Shown in pieces: positions 51,206 to 60,484 of a DNA stretch of 64,000 nucleotides. Below the pieces are notes generated by a model, which was not told the DNA's origin, did no database searches, and was given only the letters and a program-made list of their open reading frames with translations. Source of the stretch: Planctomycetota bacterium. Its GTDB lineage: Bacteria > Planctomycetota > B15-G4 > SIAN01. The position numbers were made by a program, and so were the translations under genes. The stretch is taken from the NCBI GenBank assembly GCA_028289345.1, contig JANQQL010000050.1, positions 202,370-266,369 of the forward strand. Direction: 5' to 3'. Within the stretch, counting starts at the first letter, position 1. The number at the start of each line of letters is the position of its first letter.

Positions 51206-52147
51206 TTACTGCAGGCGCGTGCCCACCGGAATCGGGAATCCGCGCAGGAACTCCACGGCGGACAACGCGCGCTTCCCGGAGCGTTTCACTTCCAGGATTT
51301 GGTACACGCCCTTCTTCGTGGCCACTTCAATGCCGGTGGTGAAGGCGACAACGGTGCCAGGCATTGCGGGGGATGGCACATCCACCACCGCGCCCTTGAC
51401 GACGATGATGCGCTGCGGGCTCCGATCCGTTGGGCAGAAGGTGAATGCCGAGGGCCAGGGGGTCATGGCGCGCACGTGGCGGTCGATCTCTTCGGCAGTG
51501 AACGGCCAACGCACCCGCCCGTCCTCTTTCTGGAACATGGGGGCCGGTGAGGCAGCGGACTCGTCCTGGGGAGTGCCTTTCAAGGACGAGCCTTCGATCG
51601 CGTCGGAGTTTTCGAGGAACAGGTCGCGAGCCAACTCGGCGAGCTTGTCCATCAAGGTGCCACCGGTGTCGGTGTTCTCGATGGGAATGGATTTGGCAGC
51701 GTAGATCGGGCCGGCGTCCATCTTGGAAGTCATCCCCATCAGGGTGACTCCCGTTTCGCTGTCCCCCGAGCGAATCGCGTGCTGCACCGGCGCCGCGCCG
51801 CGGTACTTCGGCAACAAAGAGCCGTGCAAATTCAACGCGTACTTGCTCGGCAGCCCCAACACCTCGTCCGACAGCTTCTGCCCGAAGGCGGCGGTCAGAA
51901 ACACCTCGGCGTTGGCTTCCTTGAGCTTCTCCACGTGCTCGGCATCGTTGATGTCCGGAGCGCGCAGAACTTCCAGCTCCATCTCTTCCGCCACCTTGGC
52001 GACCGCCGAAGACGTAGCCCGCATGCCTCGGCCCGCTTTGGCATCGGGCTGGGTCACGATCATGGCCAAATCAAAGCGAGGGTCTTCGACCAACGCCTTC
52101 ATGGTGGGAATCGCGAACTCCGAAGTGCCGAAGTAAACAACTCTCAT
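51206..52147 (-). CDS. fmt: methionyl-tRNA formyltransferase
   Basis: MRVVYFGTSEFAIP N-terminus, LNLHGSLLPKYRGAAPVQHAI motif, and a C-terminal domain. It lies upstream of rsmB, the conserved fmt-rsmB arrangement. Confidence 0.9.
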   Translation of the reverse strand: MRVVYFGTSEFAIPTMKALVEDPRFDLAMIVTQPDAKAGRGMRATSSAVAKVAEEMELEVLRAPDINDAEHVEKLKEANAEVFLTAAFGQKLSDEVLGLPSKYALNLHGSLLPKYRGAAPVQHAIRSGDSETGVTLMGMTSKMDAGPIYAAKSIPIENTDTGGTLMDKLAELARDLFLENSDAIEGSSLKGTPQDESAASPAPMFQKEDGRVRWPFTAEEIDRHVRAMTPWPSAFTFCPTDRSPQRIIVVKGAVVDVPSPAMPGTVVAFTTGIEVATKKGVYQILEVKRSGKRALSAVEFLRGFPIPVGTRLQ

Positions 52148-52214
52148 TCGTATCGGCCCTTCCTGAGACTTGCGGTTCCCAAGACGCTCATTCCGACTTT
52201 GCCCGCAGACTCTT

Positions 52215-52556
52215 TCACAATTGGACGCCGGTCGCCTGGGTCACGACATCCTTGAGCTTGTCGACAGTGAGCTGTCCCGCGCCGACCAACTTGTGCTTCA
52301 TTTCTCCGCCCTGGAAAACCAGCAGCGTGGGAATCGCGGTGATTCCGTAGCTGGACGGAGTTCGCTCGTGATCCTGGGTGTTGTGCTTGACGACCTTCAC
52401 CTTGCCGGCAGTCGCTCCGGCGAAGGATTCGATGGTGGGTGCCAGTGCTCGGCAGGGGCCACACCAAGGTGCCCAGAAGTCGACGACGACCGGCTCGGAC
52501 GCCTTCAGGACTTCCTGCTCGAAAGAATCGTCAGTCGTTTCCAGGAGATCGGCCAT
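52215..52556 (-). CDS. trxA: thioredoxin
   Basis: 113 aa with FWAPWCGPCR active site and GIRSIPTLL-like ITAIPTLLVF. Confidence 0.9.
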   Translation of the reverse strand: MADLLETTDDSFEQEVLKASEPVVVDFWAPWCGPCRALAPTIESFAGATAGKVKVVKHNTQDHERTPSSYGITAIPTLLVFQGGEMKHKLVGAGQLTVDKLKDVVTQATGVQL

Positions 52557-53634
52557 GTTGGGTTTCCTCTGTGGCAGTGGATGGGAACGCGTCGGGAAGC
52601 TCCGTCTCCGATGGTTCCGCTACGGCGTTTTCGTTGGGTTCCGCTCCGTCCTGGGAACAGGGCTCCTCAGGAACCGGCTCGCTGGAATCGACCTCGCAGG
52701 ATACTGCCTCGCCGGATTCGGGCGCGGGGGATTCCTGTGCCTCGGAATCGATGCCAGCGGAGTCCTCGGTCGCATCGACGGTGTCGGGCTCCCGCTCGGG
52801 CTCTGGATCCAGGTCGGTCGGACGGGTCTCTTCCGGCGCGGAGTCCTGTCCGGAGTTGGCCGAGGACCCATTCGCGGCTCGATCCGAGCCATCGGAAGTT
52901 AGGGGCTCGGGAAGCGAAGTCAAGGAATCGGGGATCTCGCCCCGCGCCTCGATGTCGATCTCCCCGAAGCGCTCTTCCTGGCGGGCCCGGATGATCCGCG
53001 CTTTGATCAACTCCAACACCGCGAGGAACATCCCCAACAGGTCTTCGCGGGTCCCGCTTCCCTCGAACAACTTGAAGAACGGGATTCGCGGACTCTCGCG
53101 AAGCGTCTCGAGCAAGTCTTCCACGTAGGCAGAAACCGGTCGGCCTTGGTCCATCAGGATCGGCGACTTCCGATCCAGTCCGGTCTCCTGAAGGATCTGC
53201 CGGAACGCCTCCACCAAGTCGTGCAGGTCGACTTCGTCGAGCGGGATGCCGGCGTCGCTAACCAGGGGCCGGCTGGGGTGCACCAGTCGCCGGGCATCGG
53301 CGCGATGGTTGAGGAATCGCGACGCCTCTTTGACCTTGCGGTACTCCAGGAGCTGCTGAATCAGGGACTCTTCCTGGTCCAGCTCCTCCGCCAGGTTCAC
53401 CTCTTCATTCGGCAGCAGCGAGCGGGCTTTGATCGCCATGAGAGTCGCCGCCATCACGAAGAAGTCCCCGACCCGGTCGATGTCGGTCTTCTTGACCTCG
53501 TCCATGATCTCGACGTACTGGTCACAGATGCGGACCAAGGGGATTTCACGAATGTCCACCTCTTCCCGCTGCACCAGGTACAGGAGGAGGTCGAGGGGAC
53601 CCGCGAAGTTCTCGAGTTGGAAGCGTGTTTCCAT
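52531..53634 (-). CDS. scpA: segregation and condensation protein A with long acidic C-terminal tail
   Basis: ScpA N-terminus FQLENFAGPLDLLLYLVQREEVDIREIPLVRI. The last ~130 aa are low-complexity and D/E/S/P-rich. Confidence 0.8.
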   Translation of the reverse strand: METRFQLENFAGPLDLLLYLVQREEVDIREIPLVRICDQYVEIMDEVKKTDIDRVGDFFVMAATLMAIKARSLLPNEEVNLAEELDQEESLIQQLLEYRKVKEASRFLNHRADARRLVHPSRPLVSDAGIPLDEVDLHDLVEAFRQILQETGLDRKSPILMDQGRPVSAYVEDLLETLRESPRIPFFKLFEGSGTREDLLGMFLAVLELIKARIIRARQEERFGEIDIEARGEIPDSLTSLPEPLTSDGSDRAANGSSANSGQDSAPEETRPTDLDPEPEREPDTVDATEDSAGIDSEAQESPAPESGEAVSCEVDSSEPVPEEPCSQDGAEPNENAVAEPSETELPDAFPSTATEETQHGRSPGND

Positions 53635-54326
53635 CAGCCCGACAGGGGGTTCATGCCGTAAGGAGTCAGCAGACTAAACAGTTCCCCGAGCGGTGACAGA
53701 ACGTATTTGCGCAGCCATGCAAACCCGCCCATCGAGATCAATCCAACCAGCACGATCAGTCCCAGCCACCACGCCCGCTCGAACTGTTCCGCCCAGCGTC
53801 GCGGGAGAAAGAAGGTCACCAGACGGTGGCCATCCAGAGGTGGGACGGGAATCAGGTTGAACACACCGAGAGCGAGGTTGAGGCCCACGCTGAACCACAC
53901 CAGGCGCTGCGGCAGGCTGTTCCGCACATCCCCTTCCCAATGGACGAGCCCGTGGTAGATCGCCACGAAAAACAGCGCCAAAACCGCGTTCATGAATGGT
54001 CCCGCAAGGGAAATCCACACGAGATCCAGTGCCGGACGTCGCAGGTTGTTGGGCTGCACGGGGACCGGTTTCCCCGCACCGAGGATCATCGGCGTTCCGC
54101 TGAGTAGAAGACCCAGCGGCAGAATCACGGAGAAGATCGGGTTGAGATGGGGAATCGGGTTCAGCGTCAACCGCCCTTGGCTGCGCGCCGTGGAATCCCC
54201 GAGCTTGTCGGCCACCCAAGCATGGCCGAATTCATGGACCGAGAGGGACACGACGAGTGCGCCAAACATCCCCAGCTTGACCACCGTGGAATCGACGAGA
54301 AGGGGGAGGCACTGCCACTGAGTCAT
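53634..54326 (-). CDS. site-2 protease family (peptidase M50) membrane protein
   Basis: HEFGHAW zinc motif in a TM helix, multiple TM segments, and an LDG-type second motif (NLIPVPPLDGHRL). Confidence 0.75.
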   Translation of the reverse strand: MTQWQCLPLLVDSTVVKLGMFGALVVSLSVHEFGHAWVADKLGDSTARSQGRLTLNPIPHLNPIFSVILPLGLLLSGTPMILGAGKPVPVQPNNLRRPALDLVWISLAGPFMNAVLALFFVAIYHGLVHWEGDVRNSLPQRLVWFSVGLNLALGVFNLIPVPPLDGHRLVTFFLPRRWAEQFERAWWLGLIVLVGLISMGGFAWLRKYVLSPLGELFSLLTPYGMNPLSG

Positions 54327-54482
54327 GGAACACACTGGTTTCGCGAGCGCGGTTACCGGGAGACCGGTTCGCCCTCGGCGAAGGCGAGAGCGGAAGGGCC
54401 GCGGCTCGACACTGCGTCTGGGGTCGCCGTGAGCGGATCGGAGGCGGAAGGTTTACGATAACCCCGGGATTGGAGACCCCCC

Positions 54483-55472
54483 ATGGCAAAGCCCCAGAAG
54501 TCCCCATCGGAGTTGCTCGAAGCGGCCCGGGATGTGTTGCGCCAGGAAGCCGAGGCGATCCGTCACCTGGCGGACCTGCTCGGAGAGCCCTTCGAACAGG
54601 CGGTTCATTTGCTGCGGCGTTGCTCGGGAATGGTCGTCGTGACCGGAATGGGCAAGGCCGGACTGATCGGCGCCAAGACCTCAGCCACCTTCGCTTCGAC
54701 CGGGACTCGGTCGTTGTTTCTGCACCCGGCCGAAGCGGTGCACGGTGACCTAGGACGCATCTATCACGAAGACGTGGTCTTGGCCTTGTCTCGGTCGGGG
54801 ACCACAGAAGAGGTCGTGCGGCTGCTGCCTCCCTTGAAACGCGTGGGGACTCCGCTGATCGCCATCACGTCGAACGGGGAAAGCCCCCTCGCCCGTCACG
54901 CCGACCTGTGCCTGAACATCGGCCCCGTCGTGGAAGCCTGCCCGCTGGGACTCGCCCCGACCACCAGTACCTCGGTGATGCTCGCCCTGGGAGACGCGTT
55001 GGCGGTTTCCGCCATGCACCTGCGCAAGTTCTCCAAAGAAGAGTTCGCCCGGTTCCACCCGGCCGGCGATCTGGGACGCCGCCTGTTGAAGGTCTCGGAG
55101 GTCATGCGGGAGGGAGACCAGAGCCCGACGGTCTCGTCGGGAGCATCGGTGCAACAGGCCCTCCAGGCAATGACCGACACCCGGGCCGGGGCCGTCGCGG
55201 TGATCGATCCCGAAGGGCGGGCGGTAGGGTTCTTCACTGACGGCGATTTGCGCCGCTATCTGTTGGTGGAGGAGGGCGAGTTCGAAGTGGGGCGGCCGAT
55301 CGACGAGTTCATGACTCGCTCGCCGATCACGATCGGTCCCGATCAGCTCGCCACCGAAGCCGTCCATCTGATGAAGCAAAAACAGCTCGACCAAGTGCCC
55401 GTGGTGGATGACGAACGGCGACTGGTCGGCCTACTGGACGTGCAGGACCTGATCGAGGTGGGGCTGGTCTGA
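54483..55472 (+). CDS. kdsD: arabinose-5-phosphate isomerase (SIS plus tandem CBS domains)
   Basis: SIS domain GMGKAGLIGAKTSATFASTG ... VLALSRSGTTEE followed by two CBS domains. It is followed by kdsC. Confidence 0.85.
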   Translation: MAKPQKSPSELLEAARDVLRQEAEAIRHLADLLGEPFEQAVHLLRRCSGMVVVTGMGKAGLIGAKTSATFASTGTRSLFLHPAEAVHGDLGRIYHEDVVLALSRSGTTEEVVRLLPPLKRVGTPLIAITSNGESPLARHADLCLNIGPVVEACPLGLAPTTSTSVMLALGDALAVSAMHLRKFSKEEFARFHPAGDLGRRLLKVSEVMREGDQSPTVSSGASVQQALQAMTDTRAGAVAVIDPEGRAVGFFTDGDLRRYLLVEEGEFEVGRPIDEFMTRSPITIGPDQLATEAVHLMKQKQLDQVPVVDDERRLVGLLDVQDLIEVGLV

Positions 55473-55614
55473 CGTCTGATTCGTCGGGCTCGTTGGCGCG
55501 ACAATCGGCCGGAGGACCAGGGAGGGAATTCGGTGGGGGCCTGCCAATCGAACGAACCCTCCATTCCGAACGCAAACGGCCAACGACCGAAGTCAATCAC
55601 GGCGAGACGAGATC

Positions 55615-56148
55615 ATGGTGAACTCTCGAGCACTCCTCGAAAAGTTAGAGAAGGTCCGGTTGTTCGCCATGGACGTCGACGGAGTCCTCACCGACGGGCA
55701 GATTTACTTGTCCGAACAAGGAGAAGAGTTCAAGGCGTTCTTCGCTCGCGACGGCATGGGCCTGAAGTGCTACCACCTGGCCGGCGGCATCAGTGCGTGG
55801 ATCACCGCGCGCGATTCGCCGGTCGTGAAACGTCGCGCGGGAGAGCTGGGAGTGGCCGACGTCGTGCTCGACTCCAAGGACAAGGGGGCGGCGATCACCA
55901 GCGTGTGTGAGAAACACCAGGTGCGACCCGAACAGGTCGCGTTCCTTGGGGACGACCTACAGGACTTGCCCGCCATGGCGCGCTCAGGAGTCGCCATCAC
56001 CGTGCCGGGTTGCCCGCCCGAGCTGCGGGAGCGCGCCGACTTCGTGACCGAATTCCCCGGCGGCCGCGGCGCGGTCCGGGAGGTGGTCGAGCGGATTCTC
56101 AAGGCCCAAAATCGCTGGGACGACGTTGTGAGTCGTTTTCTCTCATGA
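55615..56148 (+). CDS. kdsC: 3-deoxy-D-manno-octulosonate-8-phosphate phosphatase (HAD family)
   Basis: FAMDVDGVLTDGQIY N-terminus and GDDLQDLPAMARSGVAI. 177 aa, the typical KdsC size. Confidence 0.8.
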   Translation: MVNSRALLEKLEKVRLFAMDVDGVLTDGQIYLSEQGEEFKAFFARDGMGLKCYHLAGGISAWITARDSPVVKRRAGELGVADVVLDSKDKGAAITSVCEKHQVRPEQVAFLGDDLQDLPAMARSGVAITVPGCPPELRERADFVTEFPGGRGAVREVVERILKAQNRWDDVVSRFLS

Positions 56149-59105
56149 AACGGCTGCTGCTCTTCTTGGGAATCCTTGCCAGTGGCTTCGCCCTGCTGGC
56201 CGTCACTCTGGGTACCGATGACCTACTGCGGGACTACGAGCGTCCCGACATTGGCACCAAGGCCTTGACCGCGCCGGACAAGGCGATGGTCGCCGAGGGT
56301 CGAGGTCAGCGTTTGGAGATCGGCCTTCCGCCGTTCTTCGAAGGCCCGGTCACTCGCGATGTCGAAGTCGAGCAACCCGATGGCACCCTGAAACAAGTAT
56401 CGACTTCGTGGTGTTCGTTGCCGGACATCCAGCCATACGAAGGGGAGTCCGGACTGACCTCGACCGACCCGGTCCTCGAGCTGCGCGATCGCCACACCGA
56501 AGAAGTCGTTTCGCGAGTCACCGCACAGCGCACCATCATCCGGCTTCCCGAAGGCACTCGCTTCAAGGAGTTCATGGAAAGCGACCGGGAAGTAGAAAGC
56601 ATCGAGATGGTCGACGACGTCCTCGCGGTGCTGCAAAGCTCCGACGGAGCACCGTTTCGTCTCGAAACCGACCGCGTGTTCCTGCCGGGCACGGTCCTGC
56701 ACTCGGAACGGCCGACGGGGGTGATCGACTGCCCAGGTCCTGTGAGATTTCGTCGCGAAGACGGCTCCTTGATCATCGAAGGGTCGGCGGCCCAGCTGGA
56801 CTTGGCTGCTCAAACCCTGCGACTCGAAGCACCGGTTGGAATTCTCGCGAACGGGCTTTCCTTCGATCCCAGCTCCTCGGATCAACCGACCGAAGAGTCG
56901 CCTCCGTTGGTCGCCACCACCCAAGGCCCGGTCACCTATCGCTGGCGAGAGCGGGCCGCCTCCGACAGCGAAGACTCTCTCCCGCAGCTGATGGGAGCCG
57001 GGACGATTACCTTCCCGGAAGAGGTGCGCATCGAACAGGGGGATCGTTGGCTCTCCGGGACGCGGCTGGTCATGGAACTCGACCAAGCCCCGCGCTTAGC
57101 CGATCCCAAAGGGCGGGAAGAGCTGAGGGTCCGCAGTTTGGAGCTGGGGGACGGAGTGGCTCCGGTCGCGTTTGGGCTGCTCGGCGGTACCGGAGACGCG
57201 CGGCGCTTGTCCTGGGACGCCACCGCCGAACTGCTGTCTTTCGCCGGACCAGTCACCCTCACCGACATCCAAGGAGAGGCCCTTGCCGACGGCGAAGACG
57301 CTTGGCGGATCGAACGGTTGTCGGCTCGCGACCGAGTCGAGCTGCTGGTCCAGAACCTGGATCGCAGCGCCGCCGATGTGAGTCGCAAGATGCGCCTCGA
57401 CCTGCACGGACAAGCAGAACTCGCCTCCCCGGGCCAGTTCGCGGGGCGCGGCCAACGCATCTCTCTGCACTTCTTGGAGCCTCCAAATTCCGAGGCAGCG
57501 GGAACCGGCTTTCAACTCGAAGGAGTGGACGTTTTGGAACGCGCGTCCGTGGCCTTCGACACCACTGGCGAGACTCCTGTCCATGCCGATGGCTTTGCCG
57601 AAGCGATCCGATTGGAGGAACGCGACGGCCGACGGGAAATGACCATGACGGGGCAGGCGCGCTTGCAACTGTCTGGTCCCGACAATCCGCGTTTTCGTGA
57701 CGCCGAAGTCCGCGGCCCCGAAATCCGTGTTGTCGCCGAAGACCCCGAGTTCACTCTCATCGTCGAGGATCTGATCGGCGGTCACTTGACCGTTCCCGGA
57801 GATTCAATGCCCGGTGCCGCGGGCACCACCGCGGATTTCGTCCCGGTGCACTTCGAACCTCTTGAGCCCACCCGTTTCGTCGCGACCAACGAAACCTTCG
57901 ACTTCCGCGGTCGTTGCCGCTACCGGATGGAGGAAGGGGAGCAGTCCCGGCAACTGGTGTGTCGTTCGCTCACCTTGGAAGATCAAAACGGTGCCGTCGG
58001 CCTGCTCGCCGAACAAGAAGTCGAAATGGAGGATTCGGCCCGCGGAGCCAAGCTTGCTTGCACATCGTTGCAATGGGGCGAAGTCGCGGTGGCGACCGGT
58101 TCTCCGGCACGGCTCACTTTTCCTTTGGAAGAGGGGCTGGCCGTCATCGAAGGCGCCCGGCTCAACCTCGACGCAAGCTTCGAAACCCTGGTTTCCGATG
58201 GCGGCCAGGGGTTGGCCCGCCTGGAAGGGCCCGAGTCCTTATTGCGAGACGCGTTTCCCGAGAACGAGTTGCCCGAGGGGGCCGACCCGGCCTCGAGCAA
58301 AGTGGTCCTCGAAAGTCGTCGCATCGCCCTTCGCGCCAGCAACGAAGAACTTCCCGATGGATCCTCTCGTCCGCGCCTCACCCAACTGAACGCGGACGGG
58401 CAAGTGCAAGTCGAGCGCGGGAGTGACGGATCGCAACTCCTCGGGGAAAGCCTCTCGGTGGAGACGGCCTCTCGATCGGCACGGATGAGCGGCGGAGAAG
58501 GTTCCCCCGCGTCCATGCGCCGGCCCGCCCCCCAGGCGCCGGGCGAATGGGAATCCCTGATCGCCGAGTGGGTGAGCTTTGCCAACGGAGGCGAACTCGC
58601 AGACCTGCCACCAGGAACCGCGTTGGTCTTCTACGTGGCGTCCCGCGATGACGACGCGATCCCGCGCCGGGTCGAGATTCGAGTGGGCGGCCGCACGGAG
58701 CTCCGCGGCACGACGCTGCAATGTTTGGGAGGCGTGGAAACCCTGGTCAGCATTCCTGACGGGGATTCGCTCGGCGCCCGCTCGGAGCGAGTGGAGGTGC
58801 GGCTCGACAAACCGCTTCACGAGCGCGGTCGCCCCACCCAGATCTTCGCTCAGCAGCGAGTATTGCTCGAGCATCCTCAGTTCGAGTGCACCGGCTCACT
58901 ACTCGCCTTCGATTTCCTCACCGAATGGTTGGAACTGAAAGCGGGCCTCGACCCGTGCCGAGTCATCAGCTCCTCAGGGAACTTGCCATTCCCCGTGCAG
59001 TCCCAGTTCCAGCGGCTCAAGGGCCGGCTGCCAAGGCAGAGGGACGGTGGCCTCCCGGTGGATGAGTTCGTGGTCGAAGAGCTCGAGCTGATGGCGTTTC
59101 GGTAA
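56145..59105 (+). CDS. large membrane-anchored periplasmic protein of unknown function; possible LptC/LptA (OstA-like) beta-jellyroll repeats
   Basis: ATG overlaps the kdsC stop (ATGA). N-terminal TM anchor LLLFLGILASGFALLAVTL. About 986 aa of non-repetitive, acidic, beta-rich sequence with recurring ..DG.L.IEG.A.Q.DL..Q.L.L.. segments reminiscent of the OstA_N fold. Position after kdsD-kdsC matches where lptC-lptA sits in many Gram-negatives. Confidence 0.65.
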   Translation: MKRLLLFLGILASGFALLAVTLGTDDLLRDYERPDIGTKALTAPDKAMVAEGRGQRLEIGLPPFFEGPVTRDVEVEQPDGTLKQVSTSWCSLPDIQPYEGESGLTSTDPVLELRDRHTEEVVSRVTAQRTIIRLPEGTRFKEFMESDREVESIEMVDDVLAVLQSSDGAPFRLETDRVFLPGTVLHSERPTGVIDCPGPVRFRREDGSLIIEGSAAQLDLAAQTLRLEAPVGILANGLSFDPSSSDQPTEESPPLVATTQGPVTYRWRERAASDSEDSLPQLMGAGTITFPEEVRIEQGDRWLSGTRLVMELDQAPRLADPKGREELRVRSLELGDGVAPVAFGLLGGTGDARRLSWDATAELLSFAGPVTLTDIQGEALADGEDAWRIERLSARDRVELLVQNLDRSAADVSRKMRLDLHGQAELASPGQFAGRGQRISLHFLEPPNSEAAGTGFQLEGVDVLERASVAFDTTGETPVHADGFAEAIRLEERDGRREMTMTGQARLQLSGPDNPRFRDAEVRGPEIRVVAEDPEFTLIVEDLIGGHLTVPGDSMPGAAGTTADFVPVHFEPLEPTRFVATNETFDFRGRCRYRMEEGEQSRQLVCRSLTLEDQNGAVGLLAEQEVEMEDSARGAKLACTSLQWGEVAVATGSPARLTFPLEEGLAVIEGARLNLDASFETLVSDGGQGLARLEGPESLLRDAFPENELPEGADPASSKVVLESRRIALRASNEELPDGSSRPRLTQLNADGQVQVERGSDGSQLLGESLSVETASRSARMSGGEGSPASMRRPAPQAPGEWESLIAEWVSFANGGELADLPPGTALVFYVASRDDDAIPRRVEIRVGGRTELRGTTLQCLGGVETLVSIPDGDSLGARSERVEVRLDKPLHERGRPTQIFAQQRVLLEHPQFECTGSLLAFDFLTEWLELKAGLDPCRVISSSGNLPFPVQSQFQRLKGRLPRQRDGGLPVDEFVVEELELMAFR

Positions 59106-59175
59106 CCCTCGGGCAGCGGGCGGCGCCCGTTGACGCGGTAGCAATTTTGGACGGTGAGTCGTCGTCCTCGATCTC

Positions 59176-59358
59176 ATGGACGCGGGACCCCCGCGCGTCG
59201 TTGCCAAGCCTGAGCTGACCAATTCATGCACACCGGAAGCATCGACCACGCAGACGCCCGCGAATCTCGGGCAGAACCGCCGAACAGGCGCCAACCTCCG
59301 ATCGCGAGGGTCTAAAATCGACCTCGGCTTCGCGTTCGAGGGAGACAGCCAATGTTGA
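59176..59358 (+). CDS. small ORF (60 aa) translationally coupled to the radical SAM gene; speculative precursor peptide
   Basis: Ends ...GFAFEGDSQC with its stop overlapping the rSAM ATG (ATGTTGA). Only a weak RBS and only two Cys. Could be a non-coding leader instead. Confidence 0.2.
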   Translation: MDAGPPRVVAKPELTNSCTPEASTTQTPANLGQNRRTGANLRSRGSKIDLGFAFEGDSQC

Positions 59359-60260
59359 TCGCCGTCAACCCCGTCGTCATCGACCTTGAGGTCACCTCCC
59401 TGTGCAACGCGGTCTGCACGTTCTGTCCTCGGTCAGAAATGACGCGCCAAGAGAAGTTCCTCGATCTCGAAGTGGTCAAATCACTTTGTCGTCAGATCGA
59501 GCAGGAAGATTTGCGTCAAGAAGTCGTGCTTTGCGGCATTGGCGAGTCAATCCTACATCCGCAGATCCACGAGATCATTCGACTGTTGCGCGCGGCGGGT
59601 GCTTCGGTCTCAATGACGACGAACGGCAAGAAAGTCGACGCTGCCGCATTGCGAAGACTTGTCGACTCGGGGCTCCAAGAAATCAGTTTTAGCATCAACG
59701 CATCCCAACCATCGACCCACCGCAAGGTTATGAAGATGGATGGCTACCGAGACGTCATTTCCAATGCCAAGAACGCGATTCGCCAGTCCCGATCTTTCGA
59801 GGACTTCCAAACAAACATCAGCTTCGTTCTTTGTCGGGAGAACTTCGAGGAACTTGACGAATTCATCGACGAGTGGAGGGCGGCCAAGCCATCCAGCATT
59901 TACATCCACCCCTTGAACAACCGAGCAAATCTCGTCAACGCGGAGTTGTCCGAAGTCCGCGTGGATCAGGTGGCCGTCAAGTACGCCAATGATCCTATCG
60001 TCATCGTCGACATCTTCTCGAAAGCTGGCTCGGACACGGGCATTTGCAAGATTGCAAGCAAGCTGGATTTCATCAGCTCGGACGGTGACTTGCTTCTGTG
60101 CGCCCTTGACTACGCAGCGGTCAACCGAATTGGCAACCTAGCGACAAATCGAATTCAAGACCTGAGAGCTCGCAAGATCCAAGCATACGCCAACGGCGAC
60201 TTCGATAGCTTTTGCGAGTCCTGCTCCTTCTGTCCCAAGCCGAGCAAAGTCGAGAACTGA
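59352..60260 (+). CDS. radical SAM / SPASM-domain protein (peptide-maturase-like)
   Basis: CNAVCTFC (Cx3Cx2C) at residues 18-25. C-terminal CKIASKLDFISSDGDLLLC fits the SPASM Cx9-15Gx4C pattern, followed by CESCSFC. RBS gagggaga 7 nt upstream. GC content is markedly lower than the window average. Confidence 0.85.
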   Translation: MLIAVNPVVIDLEVTSLCNAVCTFCPRSEMTRQEKFLDLEVVKSLCRQIEQEDLRQEVVLCGIGESILHPQIHEIIRLLRAAGASVSMTTNGKKVDAAALRRLVDSGLQEISFSINASQPSTHRKVMKMDGYRDVISNAKNAIRQSRSFEDFQTNISFVLCRENFEELDEFIDEWRAAKPSSIYIHPLNNRANLVNAELSEVRVDQVAVKYANDPIVIVDIFSKAGSDTGICKIASKLDFISSDGDLLLCALDYAAVNRIGNLATNRIQDLRARKIQAYANGDFDSFCESCSFCPKPSKVEN

Positions 60261-60430
60261 GCTGCCGGCCCGTCCCTTCTTGTTGATGGCGCCTGCTGTG
60301 AGAAGACCACAGCCTTGACGAGGAAGCCGCGGAAGAGTTCAGGGATCACCCGTCCGCATCACTGAATGCGCGGGCGTAGGCGTGAGCTGGTGTGGCTTCG
60401 GTCAGTGAATCAGAGTCTCAAAAAAGAAAA

Positions 60431-60457
60431 CGGCAGGCCCACGTTGCGTGGACCTGC
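60431..60457 (-). terminator. rho-independent terminator (possibly bidirectional)
   Basis: Hairpin ggcaggcccacg-ttg-cgtggacctgcc (11 of 12 bp paired). On the minus strand it is followed by GUUUUCUUUUUUGA. It lies 28 nt past the stop of the minus-strand gene 60485..61351 and 170 nt past the rSAM stop. Confidence 0.7.
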
Positions 60458-60484
60458 CGTTCCTTAGATTCTCAAATTTGAAGC

